Source of the DNA: a virus
Strand: one strand, 5' to 3'
Length of the DNA stretch: 39,232 nt
IMG/VR virus record: IMGVR_UViG_3300014204_000373
Positions 24,621 through 33,562 of this stretch are shown here, in pieces. Both the position numbers and the translations under genes were made by a program. The number at the start of each line of letters is the position of its first letter. The stretch's first letter is position 1. The notes below the pieces were generated by a model that was not told the origin of the DNA, did no database searches, and saw only the letters and a list, made by a program, of their open reading frames with translations.

Positions 24621-24863
24621 CTAGTCGACTACACCTGTCCCCCGCTGGGGTTCTAGCCAGGTGTCCTTGCAGTCTTTACAGCAGTACCACCGGTACCCTT
24701 GAAACTTATCGTCTAGTATCCAGGTGGTGCGATGCAAAAATCGACATCGCCAATAACCAAACCTTTTCAAACCCCTGCAATAGCGAATCCTTGTTTCGAT
24801 AGTTGGGCCAAACTTGAGTTCAAACCTGGATTCAAGTTCGAATCCAAGGAACTTCAGTTTCAT
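24621..24863 (-). CDS. small Cys-rich protein
   Basis: ORF track. YCCKDCKD cluster. Confidence 0.4.
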   Translation of the reverse strand: MKLKFLGFELESRFELKFGPTIETRIRYCRGLKRFGYWRCRFLHRTTWILDDKFQGYRWYCCKDCKDTWLEPQRGTGVVD

Positions 24864-25342
24864 CGGTTGGGGGCCTCGCTACCGGGATGCCGGTCACAGT
24901 TACCGTCTGTGTTGTGGTCTCGCTCGCAACAAGGTTGGGCATCGGCCTGTGTTTGATTTTCCTCAACCAAGAATTCTTCGCAAGTGACGAACGGCCTCTC
25001 GCTCAATAGTCCGATCAACTCCGCGAGAACTATGGCATCTGCAATATGCAGAGAGAGCTTCTCCTGGACGTACCGCCAATGAAGTAGCTGATTCTTATTG
25101 TCGATGACGACCATTGTGCGGATTGGGACTTGATTCAGGTAGGACACCAAAACCCCAGAACCATCCTCCCCTAGGCCCAACCGGTCCTTCGCTAATGGGG
25201 AAAACTTACTCAAATCCGTAAAGGACATCAAGTAAAGTGAGCCATTTCCTGGAACATATTCGACAATGGTGGTCTGACCGTAGCTACTCTCGTTTTGAAC
25301 TCCGGCCCTAATTGACTCTTTAGTACGTAGATCTAATGGCAT
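24860..25342 (-). CDS. hypothetical protein
   Basis: ORF track. ATGA overlap with 24621..24863. Confidence 0.5.
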   Translation of the reverse strand: MPLDLRTKESIRAGVQNESSYGQTTIVEYVPGNGSLYLMSFTDLSKFSPLAKDRLGLGEDGSGVLVSYLNQVPIRTMVVIDNKNQLLHWRYVQEKLSLHIADAIVLAELIGLLSERPFVTCEEFLVEENQTQADAQPCCERDHNTDGNCDRHPGSEAPNR

Positions 25343-25406
25343 CTGGGCAGGGTACCTCTATTGTCCTTGGTAATCAATGGCCTTCGTGCGTTATATCGAG
25401 GTTTTT

Positions 25407-25856
25407 TCAGATCACCCAACCTCGTTCGTATCGACTCACTCGACGTACCGGGGGGGCCTGAGTGCCCCACTCGAACGGCTTTTCAGGCTCACGGATCATA
25501 GCTTGGAACTGCGGAAATACCTCAGTGTTCGTGTAGATCATCCCATACTTGACCAAGGACCCAGGGGTCTCGTACCAGGTCACGAGGTTCATGATCCCAT
25601 CAGCGATGTTGAACCCGAACCAGTTCTTGGAAGTAAGACGCTCACCGCCCTCGCGCGCCTTTTCTTCAATGGTGTTGATGTTAGCAATAAGAAGTGGGAC
25701 TGAGATAATCTGGTTACCCCTTAGATCCGCGGAATACGGTGCTAGTAAGTGATTAGAGCCGTGGAAGACATACCCTTTGGCCCCTAGAGGAAATCTAAAG
25801 TTTACCTTGTCCTCCAAGTGGGTGATAACCTGCCATATTGTAGTAATTGCCATCAA
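25407..25856 (-). CDS. hypothetical protein with the C-terminal tag ...RRVSRYERGWVI
   Basis: ORF track. ATGA overlap with tagged gene D. Confidence 0.55.
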   Translation of the reverse strand: MMAITTIWQVITHLEDKVNFRFPLGAKGYVFHGSNHLLAPYSADLRGNQIISVPLLIANINTIEEKAREGGERLTSKNWFGFNIADGIMNLVTWYETPGSLVKYGMIYTNTEVFPQFQAMIREPEKPFEWGTQAPPVRRVSRYERGWVI

Positions 25857-26092
25857 ATCACCAGCTTGCGTTCGTATCTAGTGGGTATTGATGCCTTGTC
25901 AATGGCCTTGGCGAACTGATCCGCAAACTCTGGGTTATCCTTGAGTGCACTCTCCAACTCCATTGCACACTTCCAATGTTCCTCGCAGAGGGGGATAGAA
26001 GGACCAACCCTATCGGGATCTTCCAGGTGATGCGCTACCGGCATTGAGCAGGGTTTGAAGAGTCCTGCACAGACTTCGGGTTTATCCGCCAT
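25853..26092 (-). CDS. small 4-Cys protein with the C-terminal tag ...IPTRYERKLVI
   Basis: Start placed at MADKPE (26090-26092), overlapping the end of the upstream gene. The ORF track extends it to 26155. Confidence 0.5.
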   Translation of the reverse strand: MADKPEVCAGLFKPCSMPVAHHLEDPDRVGPSIPLCEEHWKCAMELESALKDNPEFADQFAKAIDKASIPTRYERKLVI

Positions 26093-26840
26093 CGTCCATA
26101 CCATAGTTCTCAAGTACTGAAGAGTAGGTCTCATCGATTGCGGACGGGACCCCACGCCCAGGATGAGAGAGTTTCATTCCATTCGGGCATAGCTTCTGAA
26201 TGGTTTCAAACCACCCATAGATTATTAGGTTCTCCACCCACGTGATCAAGTCACTTACACTAAAAACATCAAGATTGAGCTCACCAAACTTGATAGTCCA
26301 CGCTTCTTTGTGATGTTCAATAGGGGTGAATACAAGGTTACCGGAGAGTGCGCTTCCGGGGAATGGCCAAGTAGCTGGCTCAACCATGGGGTCACAGTTC
26401 AGCGGGCCCCAACTCATGCCTCTTGAATCGGCAAACGTGACAGTGTCCTTCGGGGTTACCTCAAGATCCTGGTTGAAGTCATGCACAGGGTCAATCAACC
26501 AATCATTGGAGGCCCAATCGTGAAACCAAGTCCCACTCCGGATCTTCCTGATCTCTACGTCGAGAGCTTCCACTCGACTCATGTAGTTGAAGACCCTGTC
26601 TAGATACGCAGCAGCAACCCCCTCATCATAGGGAACCAAGGTAGAGATCTTTGGTGAGTCAAACTTACGCTCACGCAGAGGCTCCAACATTGCCCAGTAA
26701 CCATCAACCTCGTAGTTATCATGTAGCTTCCACGGGAAACCACTCTGGTCGAGTAGAACCACATCATACCTCCACATCGGGGGGCTCGGTAGGGTGACAA
26801 GTTCTAAGGGTATCTGCTTACTTACCAGTGTCTTTGCCAT
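26082..26840 (-). CDS. hypothetical protein
   Basis: ATG at 26838-26840 (MAKTLV...). Alternative GTG start at 26855. Confidence 0.5.
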   Translation of the reverse strand: MAKTLVSKQIPLELVTLPSPPMWRYDVVLLDQSGFPWKLHDNYEVDGYWAMLEPLRERKFDSPKISTLVPYDEGVAAAYLDRVFNYMSRVEALDVEIRKIRSGTWFHDWASNDWLIDPVHDFNQDLEVTPKDTVTFADSRGMSWGPLNCDPMVEPATWPFPGSALSGNLVFTPIEHHKEAWTIKFGELNLDVFSVSDLITWVENLIIYGWFETIQKLCPNGMKLSHPGRGVPSAIDETYSSVLENYGMDDGG

Positions 26841-26918
26841 GCCAGTCCAATTCACTACACCTGATTGGCAGAGGGATCAAGACATTCCCGGTGTAAGGGT
26901 TCCCGGAGGAATTCAATT

Positions 26919-27092
26919 ATGGCTCAAGTAACAGGATCAGTGAAGAATGCAGCAGGGGTGTTGGAAGAGGTCATCAAGGTGACCGGGATCTCAGACGCAG
27001 AAACCCACGAAGTGCTTCTGGTTGTGATGGATCATCACCGCGAAGCCCGTGTCTTCGAAGTCAAGACCGACGTTGCCTTGAAACTAAGTTGA
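26919..27092 (+). CDS. small hypothetical protein (57 aa)
   Basis: GGAGGA sits 8 nt before ATG 26919. An isolated plus-strand gene inside a minus block. Followed by a terminator-like hairpin. Confidence 0.4.
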   Translation: MAQVTGSVKNAAGVLEEVIKVTGISDAETHEVLLVVMDHHREARVFEVKTDVALKLS

Positions 27093-27171
27093 CAAGAACC
27101 AGTGTTTGGTGATACTAGGGGATAAGCCCCTGGACGTATTTAGACTATTGTTCGGGGACACAGGTAAATAG

Positions 27172-27216
27172 GCCCCCGACCAGTGTCTAAACGGGTTTCG
27201 GGGGCTGTTCCCTTTA
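27172..27216. terminator. hairpin GCCCCCGA...TCGGGGGC (8-bp GC stem, 18-nt loop) followed by UGUUCCCUUUAAU on the plus strand
   Basis: Lies between the plus gene 26919..27092 and the minus gene 27218..27400. A plausible bidirectional terminator. Confidence 0.45.
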
Positions 27217-27217
27217 A

Positions 27218-27400
27218 TCACGAGTCAGAGAAGTCAGCTGGTACTGTAAACCCGCAATCATCACAGTCAACGCTATTGGTTTTCCGGTAGCCCGCTCGAT
27301 GTTTACCACCACACCAAGGACACGGGGTGCACCCGTAGATGTTCACTAGCTCGATGGGACCCTTACAGGTCACGGTGTTGGATGATACTTCGGCGTTCAT
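27218..27400 (-). CDS. small Zn-ribbon protein (C...CxxC...CxxC)
   Basis: ORF track. ATGA overlap with the upstream gene. Confidence 0.4.
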   Translation of the reverse strand: MNAEVSSNTVTCKGPIELVNIYGCTPCPWCGGKHRAGYRKTNSVDCDDCGFTVPADFSDS

Positions 27401-27624
27401 GACTTTAGCCGGTTGATTACCACATCACGGACCTTAGGTCCGTAGGTATCCACGATAGCTGCATCGATTTTCAACAAGACCCGGTCCCGATTCTTCATCC
27501 CGGCTACTTCAGCTTCTTGTACGAAGTGCTCCCAATCAGGGATACAATTGTGGGCTATCAAAGCGTCGAATAGAACATCCAAAGGGAGTCCTTGTCTCAT
27601 ATAGACGAAAAACTCCACAGACAA
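27397..27624 (-). CDS. hypothetical protein
   Basis: ORF track. Confidence 0.45.
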   Translation of the reverse strand: MSVEFFVYMRQGLPLDVLFDALIAHNCIPDWEHFVQEAEVAGMKNRDRVLLKIDAAIVDTYGPKVRDVVINRLKS

Positions 27625-27663
27625 CGGTCTTGCCGTCGGTTGTCGTACCGCTCTTGAACAGCA

Positions 27664-28122
27664 CTAGTTAGGTGCCCCTTTACCTGGCGGAGCGAAAGGG
27701 TTAGATCCCAAGTCGTGGTGCTTGCTCTTGTTGCAACCATGGCACTCACGGCATACTGGGCAGACCATCTGTCCACAAGTAGTGCACTTCGAGATGCCGC
27801 CTTGGGTTAGTATCTCATCCAGCATCTCCCGCCCCATATCCTTCATACCACTCAGGACAACCGTCTCGTCTTCTTCAGCATGCGCTTGCAGGTAAGTTTC
27901 AACTTCCTTGATACTACCTATCCGCTTGGCCATTCCAGACGAGAGCCAGAGTAAAGCCCTAAGTTCCAAAAGGATTGTCGGGCTAAGAAGCAACTTGAAG
28001 CTACCTTCTTCGCCAAGCTTTCGAGAGGCAGTCAAAGCCTTACCAAACTCAATGAGGATGCGGAGCATTGTCCGACCTGAAAGAGTAAGCCCCTTCTCGT
28101 CTCTAGATGGTTGGTCAGCCAT
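27664..28122 (-). CDS. hypothetical protein with a C-terminal Cys cluster (CTTCGQMVCPVCRECHGC)
   Basis: ORF track. Confidence 0.5.
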   Translation of the reverse strand: MADQPSRDEKGLTLSGRTMLRILIEFGKALTASRKLGEEGSFKLLLSPTILLELRALLWLSSGMAKRIGSIKEVETYLQAHAEEDETVVLSGMKDMGREMLDEILTQGGISKCTTCGQMVCPVCRECHGCNKSKHHDLGSNPFAPPGKGAPN

Positions 28123-28155
28123 GGTGTCCTAATAGATGCTAAATAACTCTAAAAG

Positions 28156-29094
28156 TCAAACGGATTGCAGTCTCTCCGCCAACGACATAAAATCGTTTGG
28201 CCAAAAACTCGGAGGTCGAGGTCTTTTGGACTTTGGATTATCAGCCGAGGGCCAGCAGTTGGCCACCGTGTCCTTCCAGTCCTGTGGAACCTTCTCCAAC
28301 CCATAGATTGCACCGAGTAGTGCACCAGCAATCGCTCCGTTCGTGTCTGTGTCCCCTCCTCGATTCACAGTATCGACGATACCCTCTTCCAATGAGGGTG
28401 CATGGAGCATCTGGTAGATAGCGTTTTGGAAGGAAGTGATAACCCATCCCATGTTCTCCATGTAGTCCTCAGGAGGGGCGGTACCCGCGCGGTCGATGGC
28501 TTCGAGGATGATGGGATGGGTTCCCATGTCGACGGCAGTTGACACTAAGGTTGCGTAGATGTTGTCTGGTCCCGGGTCTCCGCTGATGGCTTGAGCAAGC
28601 ATTGAGACATAGAGGGCATTCACGTGGAGACAGATTGGGTTTGGGTGGGTGAGCAGAGCGTCTTCCATTGCCCAGATCATGGTGTGCCGGATGCTCCTAT
28701 GGGCTCCAAAGATACCGATCGGACTCACGCGCATCAGAGCCCCATTGGCCTGACTGGAGAAGCTAGGGGTCCCCAGGATACCGTTCTGAGTGGTCTTCCC
28801 GAAGTCGAAGGGCTTACTATCGAACCAGTACTTGTACACCCCACGCATGATGGTCGAGCTGTAGAAGCCCTTGTCCACGAGAGTGCGCGCGAGTATCAAG
28901 GCCATCTCTGAGTCGTCTGTTGGCTGCCCAGCCAAGGTATCCCAGGTCCCACCGTCGGCAAGGTACCGCACTCTCTGAGTCGGGTTCTGCTTTCGGATGT
29001 GCTCTTCAGACTCGAACTCTACGAGGCTTCCAAGAGAGTCCCCCACGATTTGGCACAGAAGGCAAGCTTGGGCTTTACTCAAAGAGGTCGGCAT
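28156..29094 (-). CDS. ADP-ribosylglycohydrolase family protein (ARH / DraG-like)
   Basis: Start at MPTSLSKAQACLLCQIVGDSLG (29092-29094). GDSLG, GQPTDDSE and GGDTDTNGAIAGALLGA motifs. The ORF track extension to 29271 overlaps the tail-fibre gene start and is unlikely. Confidence 0.75.
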   Translation of the reverse strand: MPTSLSKAQACLLCQIVGDSLGSLVEFESEEHIRKQNPTQRVRYLADGGTWDTLAGQPTDDSEMALILARTLVDKGFYSSTIMRGVYKYWFDSKPFDFGKTTQNGILGTPSFSSQANGALMRVSPIGIFGAHRSIRHTMIWAMEDALLTHPNPICLHVNALYVSMLAQAISGDPGPDNIYATLVSTAVDMGTHPIILEAIDRAGTAPPEDYMENMGWVITSFQNAIYQMLHAPSLEEGIVDTVNRGGDTDTNGAIAGALLGAIYGLEKVPQDWKDTVANCWPSADNPKSKRPRPPSFWPNDFMSLAERLQSV

Positions 29095-29177
29095 AGGGCC
29101 TAAGCTACACCGAGTGAGTACCTCAGGGGTTAGTTTGTGAGGGGTCAGTATTCGTTTAGTTGTTTCAACTGGGAGGT

Positions 29178-30512
29178 ATGACAACAGAGAGATTCGCCAA
29201 CCAAGCCAGTACAACTTTGTCAGCTTCACTTGGGGCGGGGGACCTAACTCTCTCGGTTCAAAGTGTAGCACATTTCCCGGTACTACCCGAGTTCAGAATC
29301 AGGATCGGTCAAGAGCTTCTGCTGGTGACAGGGTTAGCAGGGGCAACTTGGACTGTAACAAGAGGTATTGAGGGTACAACAGCTGCGGACCACATACTGG
29401 GGACTACAGTTGTAGGGGTCCTTACCGCCGGTGGTCTCGATGAGATGAGAACCGAGATCGAAAGGGGTGCACTACCAACTCCCCCAACCATTACTAACTC
29501 TGGCTCTGCTGCCTTCGGTGACGTTGTTCGACTAGTCTCTGCTGGGGTATTAGCTAAAGCCCAGGCAGACTCTGTATCTCATGCTGCAGCCATCATAGGC
29601 ATGTGGGACAGCATTCAAGTAGTCCCATTCTCAGCTCAACCAATTGTCACCTTTGATTCAACACCTGTGGTAGGGCAACCCTGCTATCTATCCTCTACCC
29701 TTGCAGGAGCCTTGACCTCTACGGCGCCCGCGAGTGATGCTGTATCAGTCCCACCTGACTTGGTGGTGCTTCAAGACTACACGGTTGGAGTAGCCTACAA
29801 AGCCAGAGTTGGTCGTAGTTCATCCATCGTCTCATCATTGAGTGTGGACCAGCAGTTCATAGCTGATTCTGCTGCTCTAATAGGGGTCCTCCCAACCTCG
29901 TTGCATTACAAGTTCGACGACTTCAATACTCTTCCTACAACTGGGTATCCCGCTTTTGGTGCTATAACTTATGCAATCACACCAGGTACACACATAAATC
30001 AAACTAGCGCACCTTCCACCATTGACTTCTCTTCTACTGATGGAGCTTACCCAGAATGGGCGGTTCAACTAGCATCCCCATCTACCCCTACAGACCTGAA
30101 CTTACTCTCGAATGTAGCACTGACGTCTCAACTTTGGGCTTTTAGAATCAGATTCAAAGTTGCAAGGTTGAACGAAACTTTCAAATTCTATATTGATAGA
30201 GGTGCTGGGAGTGAGACAATAGGTTTAGGAATGGTCATAGTATCGACCGTGAATAGTTTCTATGCAATTTACGGAAACTTCAACCCACTAACTGTTGATC
30301 CTAGCCCGAGTCAACGACAGCTACTCATAGCAGAAGATGCTAACTGGCATGTGTTTACTATATGGAGTATAGGTGATGGATCAGTACGAGTTAGACTAGA
30401 TAGCGGTACAGTCTACACTTTTGCACTTCCTGCAATTAGCGCTGTTCCACCTAGGTTTAACATGGTCACAACGAATGCAATCTTCGACTATTGGATGTTG
30501 GCGGCTGTATAA
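29178..30512 (+). CDS. tail fibre / minor tail-like protein
   Basis: N-terminal ...GATWTVTRGIEGTTAADHILG (a VTRG..GT.A motif typical of phage tail-fibre N-termini). Ser/Thr/Ala-rich. GGGAGGT lies directly 5' of the ATG. Confidence 0.55.
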   Translation: MTTERFANQASTTLSASLGAGDLTLSVQSVAHFPVLPEFRIRIGQELLLVTGLAGATWTVTRGIEGTTAADHILGTTVVGVLTAGGLDEMRTEIERGALPTPPTITNSGSAAFGDVVRLVSAGVLAKAQADSVSHAAAIIGMWDSIQVVPFSAQPIVTFDSTPVVGQPCYLSSTLAGALTSTAPASDAVSVPPDLVVLQDYTVGVAYKARVGRSSSIVSSLSVDQQFIADSAALIGVLPTSLHYKFDDFNTLPTTGYPAFGAITYAITPGTHINQTSAPSTIDFSSTDGAYPEWAVQLASPSTPTDLNLLSNVALTSQLWAFRIRFKVARLNETFKFYIDRGAGSETIGLGMVIVSTVNSFYAIYGNFNPLTVDPSPSQRQLLIAEDANWHVFTIWSIGDGSVRVRLDSGTVYTFALPAISAVPPRFNMVTTNAIFDYWMLAAV

Positions 30513-31591
30513 TGCATCTTATTTCACCGCGTTGGAGTAATCGTTGGAATCAGAATCCAGCTCAATGGGCATCCATGAGAGCTGCATTCATAAATGTGAT
30601 TTACCCACATGGGTTACCAACTGATGGAGTAGATGTTGTTCAACAGAACTTCAACTACGCCGGAGTGGGCATTGCCCTACCCGCCAACTGCACTCACATG
30701 ACCCGGTACACGGTAGCATCACCCGGTCAGCGCCCAGGGGGTGATCCTCAGTACACCTATTTGTTGTACCCGACTACCCCGAACAATAAGTTGGTTGTTT
30801 GGATGGCGGGTCATGTGGGTTGGGTTGACTATGCCGGTCCTGCTGAGGGTAATACTATCCAAGCACTACTAGGTGCTGGCTATTACGTGCTTTTATGCCA
30901 ACAAATGGCGTTTGATTACCCAACGAATCCAGTGGGAACGAACATTGTAGTAGGTGGATCTTGGACTTATTCAGCAGGGGCTTGGAGCAATACTGGTGGT
31001 ACCCTAACTCACTTTGCAGAGCATGAAGCCTGGCCCCTTGCTAATGATGGGGGTCCAGATGGCATATTACAGTTTATCCACCACATCATTGTGAGTGCTA
31101 ATCAAGCTGTGACTGAGGTTAACCCAACAAGGTGCATTCTTGCTGGGCACTCAGGTGGTGGCATTTGCGGGAACATCGTTGCAGCTATCGATTCTCGATA
31201 CGCCTCTTGGTACTGCAATATCCCAGGTTTGCCTCTCATCCAAACTATTGTAACTAACCCAACAGGGTACCTCGGGTCCCCTGTTGATTGGGAGAGCTAC
31301 CTTCCAACTATTACCTACTCAAACCCACCTTACAGTCAGGACTATTGGGGGACTCTCAGAATAGCCGCGAGTTGGCCTGGGAGACACACAGATCTGGTAA
31401 GTGACATCAACGATGAGTATTGGTTCCCCTTGAACATCCCGCTATGGTACGAACTCAGTGAAGCAATTGTTGATTACATGCGTTCTGCTGGTTCAACCTT
31501 CACATATTATTTGGACCCAATAGTGTTCCCAGGGCACGTGATGAACACGGCCAGAATCAACAGAATGTTAGCTCTAATGGCAAACGACTGA
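30512..31591 (+). CDS. alpha/beta-hydrolase (GHSGG nucleophile elbow), possible tail-associated esterase
   Basis: TAATG overlap with the tail-fibre gene. ILAGHSGGGICG. Confidence 0.55.
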   Translation: MHLISPRWSNRWNQNPAQWASMRAAFINVIYPHGLPTDGVDVVQQNFNYAGVGIALPANCTHMTRYTVASPGQRPGGDPQYTYLLYPTTPNNKLVVWMAGHVGWVDYAGPAEGNTIQALLGAGYYVLLCQQMAFDYPTNPVGTNIVVGGSWTYSAGAWSNTGGTLTHFAEHEAWPLANDGGPDGILQFIHHIIVSANQAVTEVNPTRCILAGHSGGGICGNIVAAIDSRYASWYCNIPGLPLIQTIVTNPTGYLGSPVDWESYLPTITYSNPPYSQDYWGTLRIAASWPGRHTDLVSDINDEYWFPLNIPLWYELSEAIVDYMRSAGSTFTYYLDPIVFPGHVMNTARINRMLALMAND

Positions 31592-31597
31592 CGATTC

Positions 31598-31620
31598 CAT
31601 ATTGGTGTAACACCAATATG
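31598..31620. promoter_or_regulatory. 23-bp near-perfect palindrome CATATTGGTGT-a-ACACCAATATG whose last three bases are the start codon of the nucleotidase gene
   Basis: Read directly. 11-bp arms and a 1-nt centre. Confidence 0.45.
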
Positions 31621-32202
31621 CTCACGCCTACCAGAAGAGTCCCAAAGACACCGATACCCAAGGATGATCGTCTCGCTCTCATCGACTTGGACGGTACTGT
31701 AGCTGACTACGACACCAAGATGGGTAAGGAGCTGGCCAAGCTGGTAGCTCCTGGGGAGACCGGTAAGCAGGGTGAGTACTTGGAGAACCGGCGCAAGCTG
31801 GTACGAAGCCAGCCAGGATTCTACTTGAACCTGAAGCCACTTAAGCGAGGGTTCGAGGTTCTGGACCTGGTTCGAACGATAGGGTTTGAACTCGTAGTGC
31901 TCACGAAGGCCTCCGTCAAAGTACCCAACTCTTGGTCCGAAAAAGTGTCCTGGGCTCAAAAGTACCTGCCTGATGCTTCGATCACCATCTCGCAGACCAA
32001 AGAGATTGTCTACGGCCGGGTACTGGTCGACGATTGGCCAGAGTACTACGAAGCTTGGTTACAGAACAGGCCTCGGGGGCTAGTGATTGCCGTAGCCCAC
32101 CCTTACAATGACAAGCCCACCACCGACCCGCGCATCATCCGCTACGACGGAACAAACCTAGCACAGGTTGAAGAAGCTCTGATCAAAGCATACAACAGGT
32201 GA
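31618..32202 (+). CDS. HAD-superfamily 5'(3')-deoxyribonucleotidase-like phosphatase
   Basis: ALIDLDGTVADYD (DxDGT motif I). Sized like the phage NT5C-type nucleotidases. The start codon is embedded in a 23-bp palindrome. Confidence 0.6.
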   Translation: MLTPTRRVPKTPIPKDDRLALIDLDGTVADYDTKMGKELAKLVAPGETGKQGEYLENRRKLVRSQPGFYLNLKPLKRGFEVLDLVRTIGFELVVLTKASVKVPNSWSEKVSWAQKYLPDASITISQTKEIVYGRVLVDDWPEYYEAWLQNRPRGLVIAVAHPYNDKPTTDPRIIRYDGTNLAQVEEALIKAYNR

Positions 32203-32221
32203 GTACGAACGTCTTCATGAG

Positions 32222-32872
32222 CTAGGGCTTAGCATCGTCAGTGACCTTCTCGTCGATGGGTTCTGGGATGTCTCCGACTACCTTGTTGGACATCCATTGT
32301 AGGAATCCACTGATCCTGTTGTAGATCCACATCGAGATACGACGAGCTAGATCGTGGAATATTGTACCTACAATAGAGAAGACCCAGAAGCAAATCCAAC
32401 CAACTACCTTTCCCCTGTAGTCACGGATTCGGGGCGCTTTGCTGAGTGAGGTGTTCTTGTAGTGCCCACCAGATAGATGCTCACGATCAGTTCTATTGAG
32501 TAATAGTGAGTCAGTTGCATAAGCGTTGCCATTCCGCGCTCTGGTTCTAGCAGCTTCCTGGTCATCATGAAACTCATCCAAGGCTACTTTGCGAGCATCA
32601 TTGAATCGATGCAAGAACAGAAACCACTTGAATACCCCCCAGATAGTACCAGATGGGAAGTAACCCAGAACACACACTAGGGTTACCATAAAGTGATTCT
32701 TGATGAGGTCTACCATCGAGAATACATGTAAGAAGTGACTCGCTATCAGACCGGCAAGAATGAGTGTGAGAGATAGACCGTAGGACTCCATCTCTACTAG
32801 GACTACCATCCCCAAGTAGATTGCAACTTCGAGACAAAACAACCAAGGAGCGAGACCAAACCAGAGTAGCAT
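32222..32872 (-). CDS. multi-pass membrane protein (4-5 predicted TM helices)
   Basis: ORF track. Hydrophobic segments throughout. Confidence 0.5.
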   Translation of the reverse strand: MLLWFGLAPWLFCLEVAIYLGMVVLVEMESYGLSLTLILAGLIASHFLHVFSMVDLIKNHFMVTLVCVLGYFPSGTIWGVFKWFLFLHRFNDARKVALDEFHDDQEAARTRARNGNAYATDSLLLNRTDREHLSGGHYKNTSLSKAPRIRDYRGKVVGWICFWVFSIVGTIFHDLARRISMWIYNRISGFLQWMSNKVVGDIPEPIDEKVTDDAKP

Positions 32873-32957
32873 AGGCGCGGAGAATGCCAGTTATAGGTGT
32901 CAAAAGTCAATATCTTTGAGATCTCTTCTCAGATTAGGCCAGATGACCGTTACTAGT

Positions 32958-32998
32958 TTTATGTCGATGCCCACTTCTATAGGGGGCATCGACATAAA
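32958..32998. repeat. 15-bp perfect-stem hairpin TTTATGTCGATGCCC-(11 nt)-GGGCATCGACATAAA inside a 410-nt non-coding region
   Basis: Read directly. It is the longest perfect stem in the window. Confidence 0.55.
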
Positions 32999-33313
32999 TC
33001 CCCCTTCCTCGGATGCTGATTCTGAAAATAGCCCAGAGAGTCAGAACCAGAAGATTGCGAGTGGTCCAAGGCGTTGTTCCTCCAGATAGGCCTGGTCTTA
33101 ACCAGTTTCCAGCCGGGAGAACCACTTTCCGGCCAGCGATCGATTATTGAGAAGGTTCTTAGTCCTTATCGATCCTGGGGTTTGTGCGGATGACGTACCG
33201 CATGTCATTTTACCCGTTAGGAGGCCGCCTTGGACCCTCTGCCCACTAGGTACACCGGAAGCTCGTAGAAGTCAACTGGATTTCCATTCCGAATCGAGGT
33301 AGCCTCGGCCTCC

Positions 33314-33562
33314 ATGAGCTGTGAGAAGTTTGACCCCAAGTGTACTGATTGTCGTCCAGCAGTTATTGATGCCCAAACAGGTCAACCCTTCGATGCCAAT
33401 CACCCCGTGGTGAAGGCCATGAACAAGGTTTGGGATACCTCGCCTCTTGAAGAGCAAGAAGCCTACTGGAGGGTTATGGTCAAAAACAGTAGGGACCTCG
33501 ACGACATACGGTTGATGCGAAAGATAGCATCTCGTCTCGAAGCAAGAGTGAATCTGAACTAA
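33314..33562 (+). CDS. small hypothetical protein (CEKFDPKCTDC)
   Basis: ORF track. A small hairpin CGAGG-TAG-CCTCG lies just 5' of the ATG. Confidence 0.4.
   Translation: MSCEKFDPKCTDCRPAVIDAQTGQPFDANHPVVKAMNKVWDTSPLEEQEAYWRVMVKNSRDLDDIRLMRKIASRLEARVNLN

Noticed and set aside
25343-25406. T-run GAGGTTTTTTCAG after GCGTTATATCGAGG, considered as a terminator or another promoter copy.
   Set aside because: It lies on the non-transcribed strand relative to both flanking minus-strand genes. GCGTTATA is only a weak match to GCGTAATA, with no GTTGAGAT partner.
28156-29271. ORF-track extension of the ADP-ribosylglycohydrolase gene to 29271 (371 aa).
   Set aside because: The extra 59 N-terminal residues overlap the tail-fibre gene start on the other strand and have no family counterpart. 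The family-typical N-terminus begins at MPTSLSKAQACLLCQIVGDSLG (29094).
30883-30910. TATTACGTGC inside the esterase gene looked like another copy of the promoter-like element.
   Set aside because: The second block (TCTCAAC at +22) is absent and the site is inside coding sequence, so it is a chance heptamer match.
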